A stretch of 64,000 bases of DNA from Rhina ancylostomus (taxonomy: Eukaryota), in the NCBI GenBank assembly GCA_030265395.1, contig JARFYF010000074.1, forward strand, positions 37,676,957 through 37,740,956. The letters run 5' to 3'. Of the stretch, positions 28,813 to 42,294 are shown piece after piece. Position numbers and translations under genes: made by a program. Under the pieces are notes generated by a model. It saw nothing but the letters and a program-made list of their open reading frames with translations. It made no database searches and was not told the DNA's origin. Positions within the stretch are counted from its first letter, which is position 1, and each line of letters opens with the position of its first letter.

Positions 28813-28814
28813 AT

Positions 28815-29397
28815 GCACGGAAAGTCTATGCCGACCATGATGCCAATTTAACTTAATCCAATCTGCCTGCACATGGTCTATATTCCTCCATTCCCTGCCT
28901 GTTCATCTGCCTGTCAAAATGTCTCTTGAGCTATCTTATCTGCTTCCACCACCTCCCCTGGCAGTATGTTCCAGGCACCTACTAATCATAAAAGAAAACT
29001 TACTTTGCACATCTCCTTTAAACTCTTCCCCCATCACCTTAAAGCTATGCCCTCTAGTATCTGACATTTCCACCCTGGTAAAAAGACTTTGGGTATCTAT
29101 CCTATCTATGCCTCAGTCTCATAATTCCATCAGGTCAACCCCTCAGCCACTCCAGAGAAGGCAATCCAATTTTGATCAACCTCTCCTCATAGCCAATACT
29201 CTCCAATCCTGGCAACATCCTGGTAAACATCTTCTGCACTTTCTCCAAGGTCCCCCACATCTTTCCTGTAATGGGGTGACCAGAACTGCACAGTACTCCA
29301 AAAGTGGCCAAACCAAAGTCTTATAGAGCTACAACACGACTTCCCAACTTTTATACTCAGTGCCCCAACTGATGAAGATAACCATGTCACAGGCATT
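28815..29397 (-). mobile_element. CR1 LINE 3' fragment
   Basis: VQFWSPHYRKDV motif on the minus strand. Confidence 0.85.
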
Positions 29398-29999
29398 TTG
29401 TTTTTAAGCCACCCATCTGTTTAGTGCATTTGCCCATCTATATTTTATGCAACCTCAAATCATTTCTAATTAACAGGACTCAGTTCACAGATTCTATGTT
29501 TCTAATGTCTAAAAAATCCAGCTATGCAAATCCACCGGAGGGATTGGCTTTCATAAGGTAATAACAGGCACCGATTTAGATTCTGGCCTTTAGGAAAATA
29601 TCAGTCTGAAATTCAATGAATCAATCGTCATGAGTTACTCTTGTTTGTACTGCATAAAAGCATTAAGCTCCTGTGAACTGATGCACACAAAATTCAACAG
29701 GTTTGTTTTAAAATTAGATTACATAGGACATAGAAGGAAACATGTCAACAGATTGAAGTTTCATAATTAGAAGTTGAGCTTTCAGTTATAAATGAGTACC
29801 TGGATGCCAATTTCTCTTCTGCAAACCCAATTAACCAGGAAAAAGAAACATAACTCCACTGGATATACCATTCCTTCCAAAGATTTGCAGAGTCATGTAT
29901 ATGAAGCTTGGGAAATAAGATTTGCCCCAGGAATATGGTAACAAGGATATTAAGCAGGAGTACATTGGAAGTCTGAGGCTGCTTTGCCATTGAATAAGA

Positions 30000-30920
30000 T
30001 CACGAGTGATCCTCAGTCCACATTGTGCAATTCCCCACCCCCTACTTAAATCCCTGGATTCCTTGTGTGTTCAAATTCTAGCAATGGAAATCTCACCCAC
30101 AGGCCCCTGGAGTAGAGGTCCCCAAGATACACAACCAGTGAATGAAGAACACAAGTAGGAATAGGGGTAGGCCATTCAGTCCAAGCCTGCTTCAACATTC
30201 AACACGTTGGCTGATCTGATCTTCTCGTCAATACCATTCTCACATCTCAATTCCCCTAATATCAAAAAGCTGCTGATTTCACTCAAAACTAAGATTCATA
30301 ACTGGATGGCCACCATCCAGACCATGCCATCTTCTCACAGCTACCATTGGGCAGGAAGTACAGAAGCCTTAAGTCCCACACCAACAGTTTCAAGAACAGT
30401 TACTTCCCTTCAACCATTCAATTCTTGAACCAAGCCGCACAACCCTAATCACTACCTCAATATAGCAATACTATGAACTCTTTGCACTACAATGGACTTT
30501 GTTTTATTCTAATTGTGCTCGCTCTTGTAATATTATATTGTTTTTGTGAATGTTGCTTATATGATGCTATGTGCCTGCAATGCTGCAAGTAAGTTTTTCA
30601 TTGCACCTGTACAATCATGTACTTGGGCATATGACAAACCTGACTTTGACCCTTCACAGCACACCAGGATGGAGAATTCCAAAGATTCACCACCCTCTGA
30701 ATGAAGACGTTTCTCCTCATCTCAATCTTAAATATCTAACCCCTTATTTTGAAACTGTGATCCCACTTCTAGACTTCAGCCAGGAGAATTATTCACCTTG
30801 CATCTATCCTGTCAAACCCTCAAAGAATTTGTGCATTTCAATGACTCATTAATGGCAACCCCTGGTGTTCTTGTTCTGGATTCTCCAGTGGAGAATAAAG
30901 TATCTTGGCACCTATCCTGG
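30000..30920. mobile_element. Nested relics: CR1-like 3' tails (minus) interrupted by a Rex1-like 3' tail (plus, about 30290-30650)
   Basis: gtaggccattcagtcc CR1 tail; ctaccattgggcaggaagtacagaagcct...aacagttacttccc Rex-type end. Confidence 0.6.
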
Positions 30921-32221
30921 AGCTGCAGGTAGAGAACAAGGTCACCACATTGCAGCAGCTCATAATTAAACTAAAGGACTTGATATTGTAAATTGCTGAG
31001 ATTCTATTCTTAAATGCAATTTAGAATTACAACCTCTTGCCTTATGTTTATGAGTGCTGAGATTATAGATGGTGAGATGTGTTTGGATTTTTAATTCAAA
31101 TTTGCATAAAACCAAAAGTTATGACAGATTTCAATAATATCTTAAGTATTATGCATGCTTTTTCTAAGCCTAGTTATTAAAAACCATTTGTGAAAAACTG
31201 AAGATTTTATTTAGGCTACTTTTCCACCCCCCACCCCATGCCCAGTACATATGCCAGGGACTTGAACTGTTTTTACTTTCGGTTCAGTTTCTCTTGAAAA
31301 AATGTTGCAAAACTGGGTACTTTCTGATTATGAAAAACTAAGCTTAGTCAAGCTTCGCAACAACTTTTGATTTTGATAAATTGTGACCAAATTGAAATCA
31401 AAATAACTACAAGAAGTTTACATTCATGGTATTTTACTAAAGTTAAAGCTCAGTCAGTCAACATAACACTAGCCCCATGCAACAAAAGGGATTGGTCAGT
31501 AATCCATAGGCACATTTTGAAAGCCACACACAACATTAAGGAAAATTGAAAGTGTAAACGCTGCATGTTTTGTATTCATTGCTCACATGGACAAAAACAT
31601 TTTCCAATTTGGCCAGTTTTTAATTGGCTAAAAATGTAACAATTCAAATGACTTTATCCCATTCCATTGATTCCGTACACTTTGAAAATTAAGATACAGA
31701 ACTTAATCTTCAATTGAAAAATCAAACACTTAGCTGCAAAATTTCCTTTGGATTACTTAAGCAGCAAGGGAGAATATTCTGCTTCTGCCTCTAATTAGGA
31801 TAAGCATCTTTTTTTGTGAATTTCTCTGACATTCCCATTGGCTGGAACTCTGCCTTCTCCCTCACAGCCATCCATTTCCATTGAAATGGTGTCACTGAAC
31901 CAGAGAAAGGCCTAACGTGGCACAGGTTCAGCAAGCAGAATCACCACCCTAACCACCGCAAGAACTTTGTGGCTTCTCCAATGATCTTTACGGGGAATCC
32001 AATATTTTAGTGCCATTGGCATGACAACAGTGAGAATCTTTTAGGAAGTTCAGAACTCCTGCATTTGGCTTGTGTAGGAGTCTTAATCTTTCCCCACAAC
32101 TGTCAGAAAAGATAGGGGTTACATGCAGAGCTATTGGTATTTCTCAGGATAGCATGGGTCATTTTAATATCACATATGACTATCAATCCAAATCAAACAA
32201 ATATTGAATTTGCAGCACAAT

Positions 32222-32402
32222 GGAGACCGAAGAGACTGCAGATGCTGGAAATCTGCAGCAACACTGGAGGAAGTCAGGTCAGGCAGCATGTATGGAGGGA
32301 AATGGTTTCAGGTTGAGATGTTTCAAGATGAAGGGTCTTGACCCAAAATGTCAACTGTTCATTTCCCTCCTGACTTGCTAAGCTCCTCCCACATCTTTGT
32401 GC
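32222..32402. mobile_element. Quasi-palindromic Penelope-like terminal-repeat remnant
   Basis: ggagggaaatgg on the left arm and catttccctcc on the right arm around gaagggtcttgacccaaaatgtcaactg. Confidence 0.65.
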
Positions 32403-32774
32403 CTTGCATTGAATTTGCTGCCACATTTTGCTGTTTTTATCCTACAACCATAATCAAACTTGGCAAGTGTTGTTCATACAAGTGGATCACTGCATTTGGG
32501 CTTAACTGTGTTCTACTGAAAGCAACTCAGAATATTGTCACTTCCTTATACACTTACAACATGCATGGGAGCGAAATACCGTACTCCACAGATCAAGGTG
32601 CTGTTCACATTAAAGACAATCGGAGACAAAGACAAAGACATTAACGACATTGGACCCGCATTAAAAAAGACTCANNNNNNNNNNNNNNNNNNNNNNNNNN
32701 NNNNNNNNNNNNNNNNNNNNNNNNNNNNNNNNNNNNNNNNNNNNNNNNNNNNNNNNNNNNNNNNNNNNNNNNNN

Positions 32775-32905
32775 ATAACTTATCACAGTTTCTGTGTACT
32801 CCTGTAGATCAGTGTGATGGTTATAGGTGGCTGCCTCTCTGAAGATGTTCCAGACAATCCTGTAGGGCTGAAGTGCTTCCTTCTGGCCACACACAAATTA
32901 ATGTC
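32775..32905 (-). mobile_element. Rex1/Babar-like LINE internal fragment
   Basis: WNIFREAATYNHHTDLQEYTETVISY resembles the endonuclease-RT tether of Rex-type ORF2. Confidence 0.5.
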
Positions 32906-32909
32906 TCAG

Positions 32910-33207
32910 CAACTCCTTATATCTCTACCTGTAACCCACCATCTCTCAACTCCAGCCCTCTCCCACATGCCTTTATTGTGGCATCATCTCCCCTCTTCAG
33001 CTGATTCCACCTATTGGTTGACAGCCTCCACCCTCTCTCACTTCTTTATACAGGCCATCTCCCCTCCACAAACTCAGTCCTGGGCAGGGTCTCAACCAGA
33101 AATGTTGACCATTCCTTTGCCTCCACAGATGCTGCCTGACTTACTGAGTTCCTCCAGCAGTGTGTTTTTTGGCTTGTGATTCCAGCATCTGCATTCTCGT
33201 GTCTCAT
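32910..33207 (+). mobile_element. Penelope-like 3' terminal fragment
   Basis: ctccacagatgctgcctgacttactgagttcctccagca...gattccagcatctgca terminus. Confidence 0.7.
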
Positions 33208-33827
33208 TGATCTTATTTTTAAAAACTTGATTTTAATCAGAAGAAATTAAATCTAATTCAAGTAACTGTCGACCTGTTCTATATTTTTTAAAAAATGATA
33301 CCTCATCTGTCAACTTTAAACCAGGCAATTACATGTAACCTGAAGGAGCACTGTGATTAAGAACACATGTATGGTGCTCAGAAAGTTAAATACTTTGATA
33401 ATAAATACCAGGGAACACAAAGCAAAGTTGCTTGAATTTATTGTTCCTATTATCAGATCTGGTTTAATTGTAAATCAATGAGTTCTATCAACGCAGCAAT
33501 GCGATTTTTTTTTTCCCAACCAAGTCAGAGCAAGAAATATGAAGCTGAATAATATTTGGGCATTTCCTGACTAAGTCATGCTTACAAATTTACTTGAGGC
33601 CATTTTTACTTGAGCTCAAGTATTGAATCAGCCCCTGCTGGCAAGTGCATGATTTATAACAGCCTTGGACCACATGCCAGCTGATTTTTATCTAAGATGA
33701 GTTAGCACCAAGACATCAGGAGAAAGGATAAAAAGTTTGTGGCAAAGGCCACAGGTAACGGCTTTAATCTTCCAGTCTTTAACAAGGAAATTGTGACGCA
33801 TTCAAAACTACATGTTGCACAACCAGG

Positions 33828-34040
33828 AATGACAGTGTACTGCTGGCAGAGCCACTGCTTCACAGCATCAGACCCAGGTTCAATCCTGATCTGGGGTGCT
33901 GTGTGCGCAGCTTGCGCATTCTCCCTGTGACTGTATTGACTTCCTCCGATTTCCTCCCTCATGCAGAGGATGTGAGAGTTGTTAGGTTAACTGACTGCGG
34001 TAAATTGCCCCTAGTGCGTAGGTAAAATGGTAGAATAAAC
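33828..34040 (+). mobile_element. tRNA-derived V-SINE, diverged
   Basis: B box ggttcaatcct; core ttctccctgtgactg...ttcctcc. Confidence 0.7.
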
Positions 34041-35111
34041 CATTGCCTGTGGCATGATGACTAACTAAAAGAATAACAGTGGAGGCAACTGACAGCAGTC
34101 CTACTGAGTGACACAATGGAAGAAAGGCAATGCGTAGGAGGGTAGGGCCAATGACCCCTCTGATGGCAAGTCATAAAAAAGGGACACAGTAACTTTTGAT
34201 TAAATATTTTGACCAGCCTAGGGGCGGGGGGTCAAAAACTTGATTGGGGAGATTCAGACAGAGTTACAGGAATAATGGACAAGGACTGAAAATATTAGCA
34301 GTACTTCAGCAAGGAAAGTTTATGACAAATGGTGTGATGCTCTACAAAGACACAGCATGAAGTTGAGATTTTTTGTGAGGGTGTTAATGGCAGCGAGGTT
34401 GATGCCAGGAGAGGGGACAATCTACAACTTCTTAAATACTCTGAAATGTAGTGACTGCTGTAGGAAATGCAGCAAACAGAAAAATGGGAATGGTCAGATA
34501 AGTGCCGGGAAATTGGACTTCCCTTTTTGATACGCAAAATGTATGCTGTGTATGGAGCTAATGTCCAACTGAATTCCATGAAAACAAAATCAAAATTAAA
34601 TCAAAAACACATTAAAAACAGCACACTGGTGATTCATGCCCACACTCGTGCAATAAAATGGAACCAGTGGGCTTCATAGCAGGCGTTGCATGAAAAGATT
34701 CCAGTTGCTGCATATTTGCAGCATTGACCACCTGGACTGTAAAGGAGTTCTCCACATGACAGATGCAGTACAGATCACCATGGAGGTAGGGAAAAATGCA
34801 GCCGAGTAAGACAAAGTGATCTCCTGTGTATGCAAGAAACCCAAACTTGTCTGCCCTGGTTAAACTCTGCTATGTGTAGCCTGATACAGAGGTTGCAACA
34901 TGTGGCTCTGAGGTACACAGTATAACGAGATTGCTATCAAGAATGGATCAGTGATGAGATTTAAAAGATCCTGAGTCGTGAACACCAAGGCCAGTGGCTG
35001 TGCAAGATACCCACCCATTGTCAGAATGGTGACCCTTTAACTGTGCTCGTCTATTTTTTGTAAGCACTTAATAAATCTGTACAATGCAAGAGGAAGCATG
35101 CAGTACACAAT

Positions 35112-35630
35112 TTATGAGAACATGGAACATAGAACAGGCCCTTCAGCCCACGACGTTGCGCCAAACTAATTAAGCTAATGACACCCAAATCCCTTCTTCC
35201 TGCACATGGTCCATATCCCTCCATTCTTTGCATTTTAATGCACCTATCTAAGAGCCTCTTAAATGCCTCCACCCCTGCCAACACATCCCAGGCACCCACC
35301 ACTCTTAACGAAAACAACTTGTCCCACACATCTCCTTTGAACTTCCCCCGCTCACCTTAACTGCATACCCTCTAATCTTAGGCATCTCACTGAGGAAGAA
35401 AGGCATAAGCTGTCAACTATCTATGCCTCTTATAATTTTATAAACTTCTATCAGGTCTCCCCTCAGCCTCTGCTGCTTTGGAGAAAATAATCCTGGGTTT
35501 GCCCAACCTCCCCTTATTGCACATGCCCTCTAATCCAGGCAGCATCCTGGTAAGCCTCTTCTCCACCATCTTCATAGCCTCCACATCAGTCCTATAATGG
35601 AGCAACCAGACATGAATGTAATACTCTGAT
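35112..35630 (-). mobile_element. CR1 LINE 3' fragment
   Basis: aacatagaacaggcccttcagccca tail; RVVGAW...FKRLLDR on the minus strand. Confidence 0.85.
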
Positions 35631-36391
35631 AAATTATGTTAATAGGTGCACAACTGACCACCTGAAAAACAAACACCCTCATGCATTTAATACAATTTCA
35701 CCCAGAAATAATTGCTAGTGCATTCCAACTCTGGCTAAATTGTTTTTTTCTGTGCAAGTTGCACGTGAAAAACAGTTACCATATGGTTTTACTGAGGTTG
35801 ATGAGATTGACGTTAGTGATGATATTGGCCAGAATAACTCTTCATTATCAAAAATTTGCCATGAGATCTGTTATCTTGCAAACAGCAGACAGGAACTTAC
35901 TTCATTTAAAAGGTAGCACCTCTAAAAGTGTTACCATCGATTATTTTTGCACAAAATCTCTGAAATGGAATCTGTAGCTTCTGGCACAAAGTCAAGGCTG
36001 CCACTAGCTGAGCTGCATTGTTAAAAAATAGTTTTTTTTAAATCTTAGTTGCAAAGGAGTCTGTGACTTCAAGCTTTTTTAAAGAGTTAAAGAATAGGAG
36101 TGAGGCTTAAAATGTTCAGTAATGGAGGAAAGAGAATCGGGAACGTTCGAGTTGCCGGGACTGGGGGATTGCGGAGATGTTGGGAGAGTTGCGGGATCGG
36201 AGACGCTCACGGAGCCAGGGAGGGGCGAGGCCGCGCAAGGACGAGGTTTGACACTGAGGCAGTACACAAGCGGGGACCACTGAACGGCGACGAGAACCAA
36301 GAACGGGAGCATGGGGGCAAGGAGAAGAGAGTGAGGGAGGGAGACATGAGAGAGAAGAATCAGGAAATTGAGGAGTGAGAAAGGGAAGGTA

Positions 36392-36541
36392 CTGGTATTG
36401 GTTTATTATTGACACTTTGGACTAGGGTCCAGTGAAAAACTTGTCTTACAAACCAATCATACAAATCAATTCATTACACAGTGCAGTTACATTGAGTTAG
36501 TACAGAGTGCATTGATGTAGTACAGGTAAAAACAATAACAG
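36392..36541 (-). mobile_element. Rex1/Babar-like 3' tail (runs into gap)
   Basis: ggtttattatt...cagtgaaaaacttgtctt nearly identical to 62272-62400. Confidence 0.75.
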
Positions 36542-37559
36542 NNNNNNNNNNNNNNNNNNNNNNNNNNNNNNNNNNNNNNNNNNNNNNNNNNNNNNNNNNN
36601 NNNNNNNNNNNNNNNNNNNNNNNNNNNNNNNNNNNNNNNNNTAAAGAGGAGCGGGAAAGCAGAGAGGAGATTCTGTGGTACAGCCAGATCTGTGGATGTT
36701 AAACAACTGGCAGCCAAACCTGCATTCTCTAAAATTCAAGGAATCTGTATCAGCATCAACCCGAAGAATTTCAGGATTGGACAGAGGTAGAAAATCTTAC
36801 GGCATTGCAAATAACAAAGAAAAGGGCAGAAGACTAAATACTCTGAGTCCGTGGGAATTGAGAGGTGACAGATTTCATGGAGAAGGCACCATTACAGAAA
36901 GAAATATTTACAAGGCCAAGGGGGAACAAAAAGCCAAACGGGTCAGACAGCAGCAGAGACTGTAAACATCAAGAACAAAGGTTCTCAAATTGCAGAGTGT
37001 GAAGGAAAGAGATGCCAAAGAATAAAGGTTTGAAAAGGAAAGGAGCAAGGGCCAGAACAAGGTAATGAGTTTGAAAAAGCTTTTAAGTGCTTACCAAGAA
37101 TCCCTCTTATCATGAAAATTAATCTTTGGCATTTCACGTTAACAATGCAAACTATTGTGTCGAGGTTTGAACATAGATGGAGAAATAATTAAAAGAAAAC
37201 TGCACGCCATTTCATACAGCTCATTGTGGAGGAATATTCAAATATTACTATTCTGAACATTAAATGTTTCTAAATACAGTAAGTTGGAGCCTCTGCAACG
37301 CTTGTGCACTTCCCCATGTCAGAGATTTACGAGTTTTAGTAACGTACTATAATATAAACCAACATGTTGGAACACAGTATGAAGCAGACATCCACTGCTG
37401 TTTTCTTAAAGTAGTCAAATCTCTATGGAAAATAAAGGATGGAAGATTGTAGAACCAACCATTCTTTCAAGGCAATTCCCATACAGATCCCTACAGCCTT
37501 CATCAGGAAAAGGTCAGGATCTTGTACCAGGTTCCTCGCATTGTCAACCTTAAAAACTA

Positions 37560-37829
<270 letters not shown>

Positions 37830-37839
37830 TCAAATGCAA

Positions 37840-38270
37840 AGGCAATCTCATTTAATATCTCCACCCCAGTTCACCTCTCCTGGCCTGAATTTGCAAAAGT
37901 ATCATTAATTCCTGGGATGTGTGAATGTACCCCCAGTGTTCATGGGTAGGGAGTTCCAGTTCTAGACCCAGTGATGACAGAATAGAGGTGTGCAAATTGG
38001 AAAGGAACCTGCAGGCAGTTGAATACCCATATATTCTTTTTCATTATCTTTCCAGGTTGCAAAGATCACAGGTTTGGGACAACTGTAGAAAGAGCCCTGG
38101 CATGCTGTTGCATAGATGTTATTATGATGATACACACCATAGACAGAGGTCAGAGGATTCTTTACCTGGATGGAACTGAGCATTGCAGCTGCACTCATTC
38201 TGGTAAGTACTCCATCACACATGAGAGTCACTTGACACTAGTCACCCAGCCTTGGACAACTCCTGCCATT
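37840..38270 (-). mobile_element. Ancient LINE 3' relic
   Basis: Minus strand tgtgatggagtac...atgagtgcagct...ccatccagg; same family as 12630. Confidence 0.5.
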
Positions 38271-39034
38271 TATATGGTTGTACAGATGTTATTTTTAAAT
38301 AAAAATAACAAGGAATATCAGAAAATGAGCTTTAATCTCACTGACAGGCAGAACAGCCTTAAGGAACTATTTGAGCTACTGATATTTTCATGACTGTAGG
38401 AAAGGCAATACACAAATAAATCAATTTATACACCATAGATTGTAATGTAAATAGCCATAGATTTCAGGAAAACATAAGCAGGATGATAAACTGGGAAGGT
38501 GGAGTTCACTTTAAAGAGTGAAGTAACACTCTTTGGGAGGGCTAAAATGAAAAACTGCTGAAATAAATGGGAAGACAGATTATGAGCAGAGAAATGTATA
38601 AACTTAGTGACAACACAAGTTGATAAAATGATTAAAACAAATGCAAGAAACAAAAGGCTTACTTGACTAATTTCTACCTCATATACTGATTGGTTATGCT
38701 AACTGAAGTATTAAATTCCAATTCCTTTAATTTGCCTATGTATTCAAACAACAGAATGTGACAACCAGCACATTGTCTAAGCTAGATGGTCACATGCCAG
38801 ATGCACAATCATTCTTCTGGTGTGAATCAAGGCCCTCTGTGCCATGCAGCTTTTCTTACTGCAAGCAGCTACCCCCACACAAATTTCTTTGTAGTTTTAC
38901 CAGAGCTAAAGGTTTGGAATGGCTAGAGCACTGGAGAAGTTGACTTGAACCTCCAGATGGATTCTGGACTTCAGTACCTCTAATCCAATGATATCATGAC
39001 CAACATAACTGAAATGGCAACCTTAGCCCACAAG

Positions 39035-39530
39035 TGTGACCTAGAAGTTCCAGTTACACCTCACATGAATTCTACATCCTATTCACACTCCAGGCTTGTT
39101 CTTAGCCTCTTATATTGTTCTCAAGAAGCTCACTGCAAGCTCAATGTACAGCACCTTATCTTCCCATTAGACACATTACAGTATTCCAGAATCAAACTCA
39201 AAGATAAATCATTCCATCTGTGTATCCAAGATTTCCCACGCTCAGCTTTGTGTTAAAAAAATCTTTTGGTAATTTCATAGCTTTTTCACCTCCTATTTAA
39301 GTATCCCCAGGCATTGCTCAAGCTATTCACTAACCTTTGCCACTCTGAGGTACCTTCACTGTCAATCTTATCCGATCTCCCCTTTTGTTTCCTCTACCCT
39401 TTTCTCTGCAACTTAAAACCATTTTTTACCTTTAACTTTTGCTGGTTCTAAGGAGAGATATCAACTTGAAATGTTAACGCTGTTCCTGTTTGAATTGCTG
39501 AATATTTCCAGCATCTGGAGTAACATTTGG
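39035..39530 (+). mobile_element. Penelope-like 3' fragment (GIY-YIG C-terminus)
   Basis: LLYCSQEAHCKLNVQHLIFPLDTLQ parallels 59715-59790 of the larger copy. Confidence 0.65.
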
Positions 39531-41199
39531 TTGTCTATGCCAGTGCATATTAACAGCCCAAACCTTAAGACAATGTGCACAAATCCAAACTCTCAGCACC
39601 CATACTGACTCTCACACTACTTTCAAGATACAGATGTATCTTCTGCCATTCAGCTGTTAAGATGATGTGACATTGGCATGACTGAATTATGGACAAGATG
39701 GACCAAGAGCAGGTGGCTCTTCTACAGTTTTTAAAACTGAATTAAACCCACACTCCTTTTTTCCTAAGTATGTCCTTATAAAAGCACCATGCCTGCATTT
39801 CAGACAGATGAGCACCGTTTACTGCACTGTCAGATAGAAAAAGATACTGTAAAAATAGTTTGCAGAGCCAATCCTAGGCCAGTAAATAGTTTCACTTGCA
39901 ACAGTTTTTTTCCGATTGCCATACTGTAATTGCTTTTAATAAACTTGTTAAACCATTCATTCCTCAGTCCTTCTGGTTACCTGTGACCTTTAAGAAAAGT
40001 TGAAATTATAATGAGGCACTTAAAGAATTACTGGCAAAAAGCAGTGGTGGAATTAACATTAATCGTTCTTTCAAACAACAAAACTGGAACAGGCTCAAGG
40101 GCCCAGTTCTTTACTGCAGGCTTCTATAATTTTAGGATTATGTCACTTATTAACCCAAATCAAAAAATTGTTTAAATTTAACAGTGGAATGGGACAGCTT
40201 TTACTTTGACCCACTTTATAAAACTGGATTTAGATTCTTTTCTACTGTCCTTGCAGTTTGAAAGTATGATATTTCAGAACTGTCACTCATTTAAGTTAGA
40301 AATCATACAGGGCTCCACGGAAATCTAATATCGGTCTTCATTTGTAACCACCCCACCCAAAATTCCAGTTCCTTAAATGCTAAGATAGTTTTTATGCTCA
40401 TTCTACACAAAATTATCTGATCCACCCATTTCCTGTCCCCATCTCACAATACCATTTTCAAGATAAATATTTTAAGTTTCAGTTTCTGAAACCTGATGGT
40501 GATCTCACACCAGTGTGTGCAGTGAAGGCCACAAAAGCTCCCACTCTATTTGCAGCTCCAAGTCAATGCACTCATATTTGAGGAGGTCAGACTCACTAAA
40601 CCTCCATAACCTTGAGGAAACAGGCTAACATTTGCCTTGCATCAAAAAGTTCCCTCTTTCAAACTGCCATACACCAAGAAGGATTCTTACATTCTTGTGG
40701 CAGTCCAGTTGCCAGCTTTTCCAGACATCAGACCTCTAAACTGAATGAGAGTGGGAGTTTTATTCCTAAATAAGTACCAATTTATAGCAGACAAACTAAT
40801 TCTATGGTTGTGCAAGTTCTCAAGGATGTCAATTATAACTGCCTATTAGACTATTTGTTACCACAAACTCCGTTGTACTCTTGGCATAACAAGACTATAT
40901 TAGACATTGCATCAACCCAAACTAACAAGGTCAGACTCTAACAACCTAATTCTGTGCGATCCTTTGATTCTTTAGATCTCGTTCTACTTTCTATTGTGTT
41001 AGTGTTTCACTGACACTTAACACCAAACACTTAACCAAAATCAATTCTGCTTCATTTCAACAGTGAACTGAGCATCTTCTCCAACTGAGCAACTTTGAGA
41101 CTTTTGTGAAAAACAAAATGCAAATCATTTGCTCTGAACTCATTGACATAGACATTTTCAATGAAGTAACAACTTTGGAAAATATGCGAACTTAAGGTT

Positions 41200-42195
41200 T
41201 TAGAATTAGAGTCAGAGCAACGCAGCACAGATACAGGTTCTTTGGCCCAACCACTCCCCGCTGACCATGGTGCCCACCCAGCTAGTCCCAATTTCCTGAG
41301 TTTAGTCCATATCCCTCCAAGCCCCATTCCTCCACATACCTATCCAAGTGCCTCTTAAATTATACCTGCCTCAACCACTTCCTCAGAGCTCATTTCATAT
41401 ACTCACCACCCTCAGAGTTAAAAAATTGCCCCTTGGGTCCCTTTTAAATCTTTCCCCCTCATCCTAAACCTATGCCCCTTTGTTTTGGACTCTTGTTACC
41501 GTGGGGAAAGGCTGTTACCAGGCACTTTATCTAGGCCCCTCATAATTTTAAACACTATAAGATTGCCTCTCATTCACCTACATTCCAAGGAATAAAAACC
41601 TAGCCTGGCCAACCCTTCTACAACTTGGGCCCTCTAGCCCTGGCAACATTCTCAAATATTTTCTGCACTTTCCCATCTAACCACATCTTTCCTATAACAG
41701 GGCAACCAAAAATTGTACACAGTACTCCAACTGCAGCCTCAAATGACTTGTACAACTGCAACATAATGTCTTAACTCCTATACTCAATGCCCTGACTGAT
41801 GAAGGGCCAGCATGCTAAATGATTTTCCACTACCCTGTCCTCCTGTAACACCACTTTTAATAAACTAGGCACTTGTACTCCTAGGTCCCTCTGTTCCATT
41901 ACACTCTCTAGTGCCCTACCATTCATCGTACAAGTTCTACACCGGTTTGACTTTCCTAAATGCATCACCTGATGCTTATCTGTATTGAAATCCATTTGCC
42001 ACTCCTCAGCCCGCTTCCCTAACTGATCAAGATGACCCTGTAATCTATAACAACCTTCTTCACCATCAACAACACCTCCTAATTTTGTGTCATTCACTAA
42101 CTTACTGATCAAGCCTTGTGCAGTCATATACAAATATATAATGAACAAGGGTCCCAATACCAACTCTTGCAGCACACCACTAGTCACCAGATTAG
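41200..42195 (-). mobile_element. CR1 LINE RT and 3' end, decayed
   Basis: VTSGVLQELVLGPLF and ISKLVNDTKLGGVVDGEEGCYRLQ are degenerate GVPQGSVLGP and FADDTK RT motifs. Confidence 0.9.
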
Positions 42196-42294
42196 GCATG
42201 TACCAGATCATCAATCTGCTTAGCCAGGGAATACTAACACAAGATTGCATCCCTATTTCCAACATGTGCTTTGCTCCTACTGGCAGGCCTAGTA

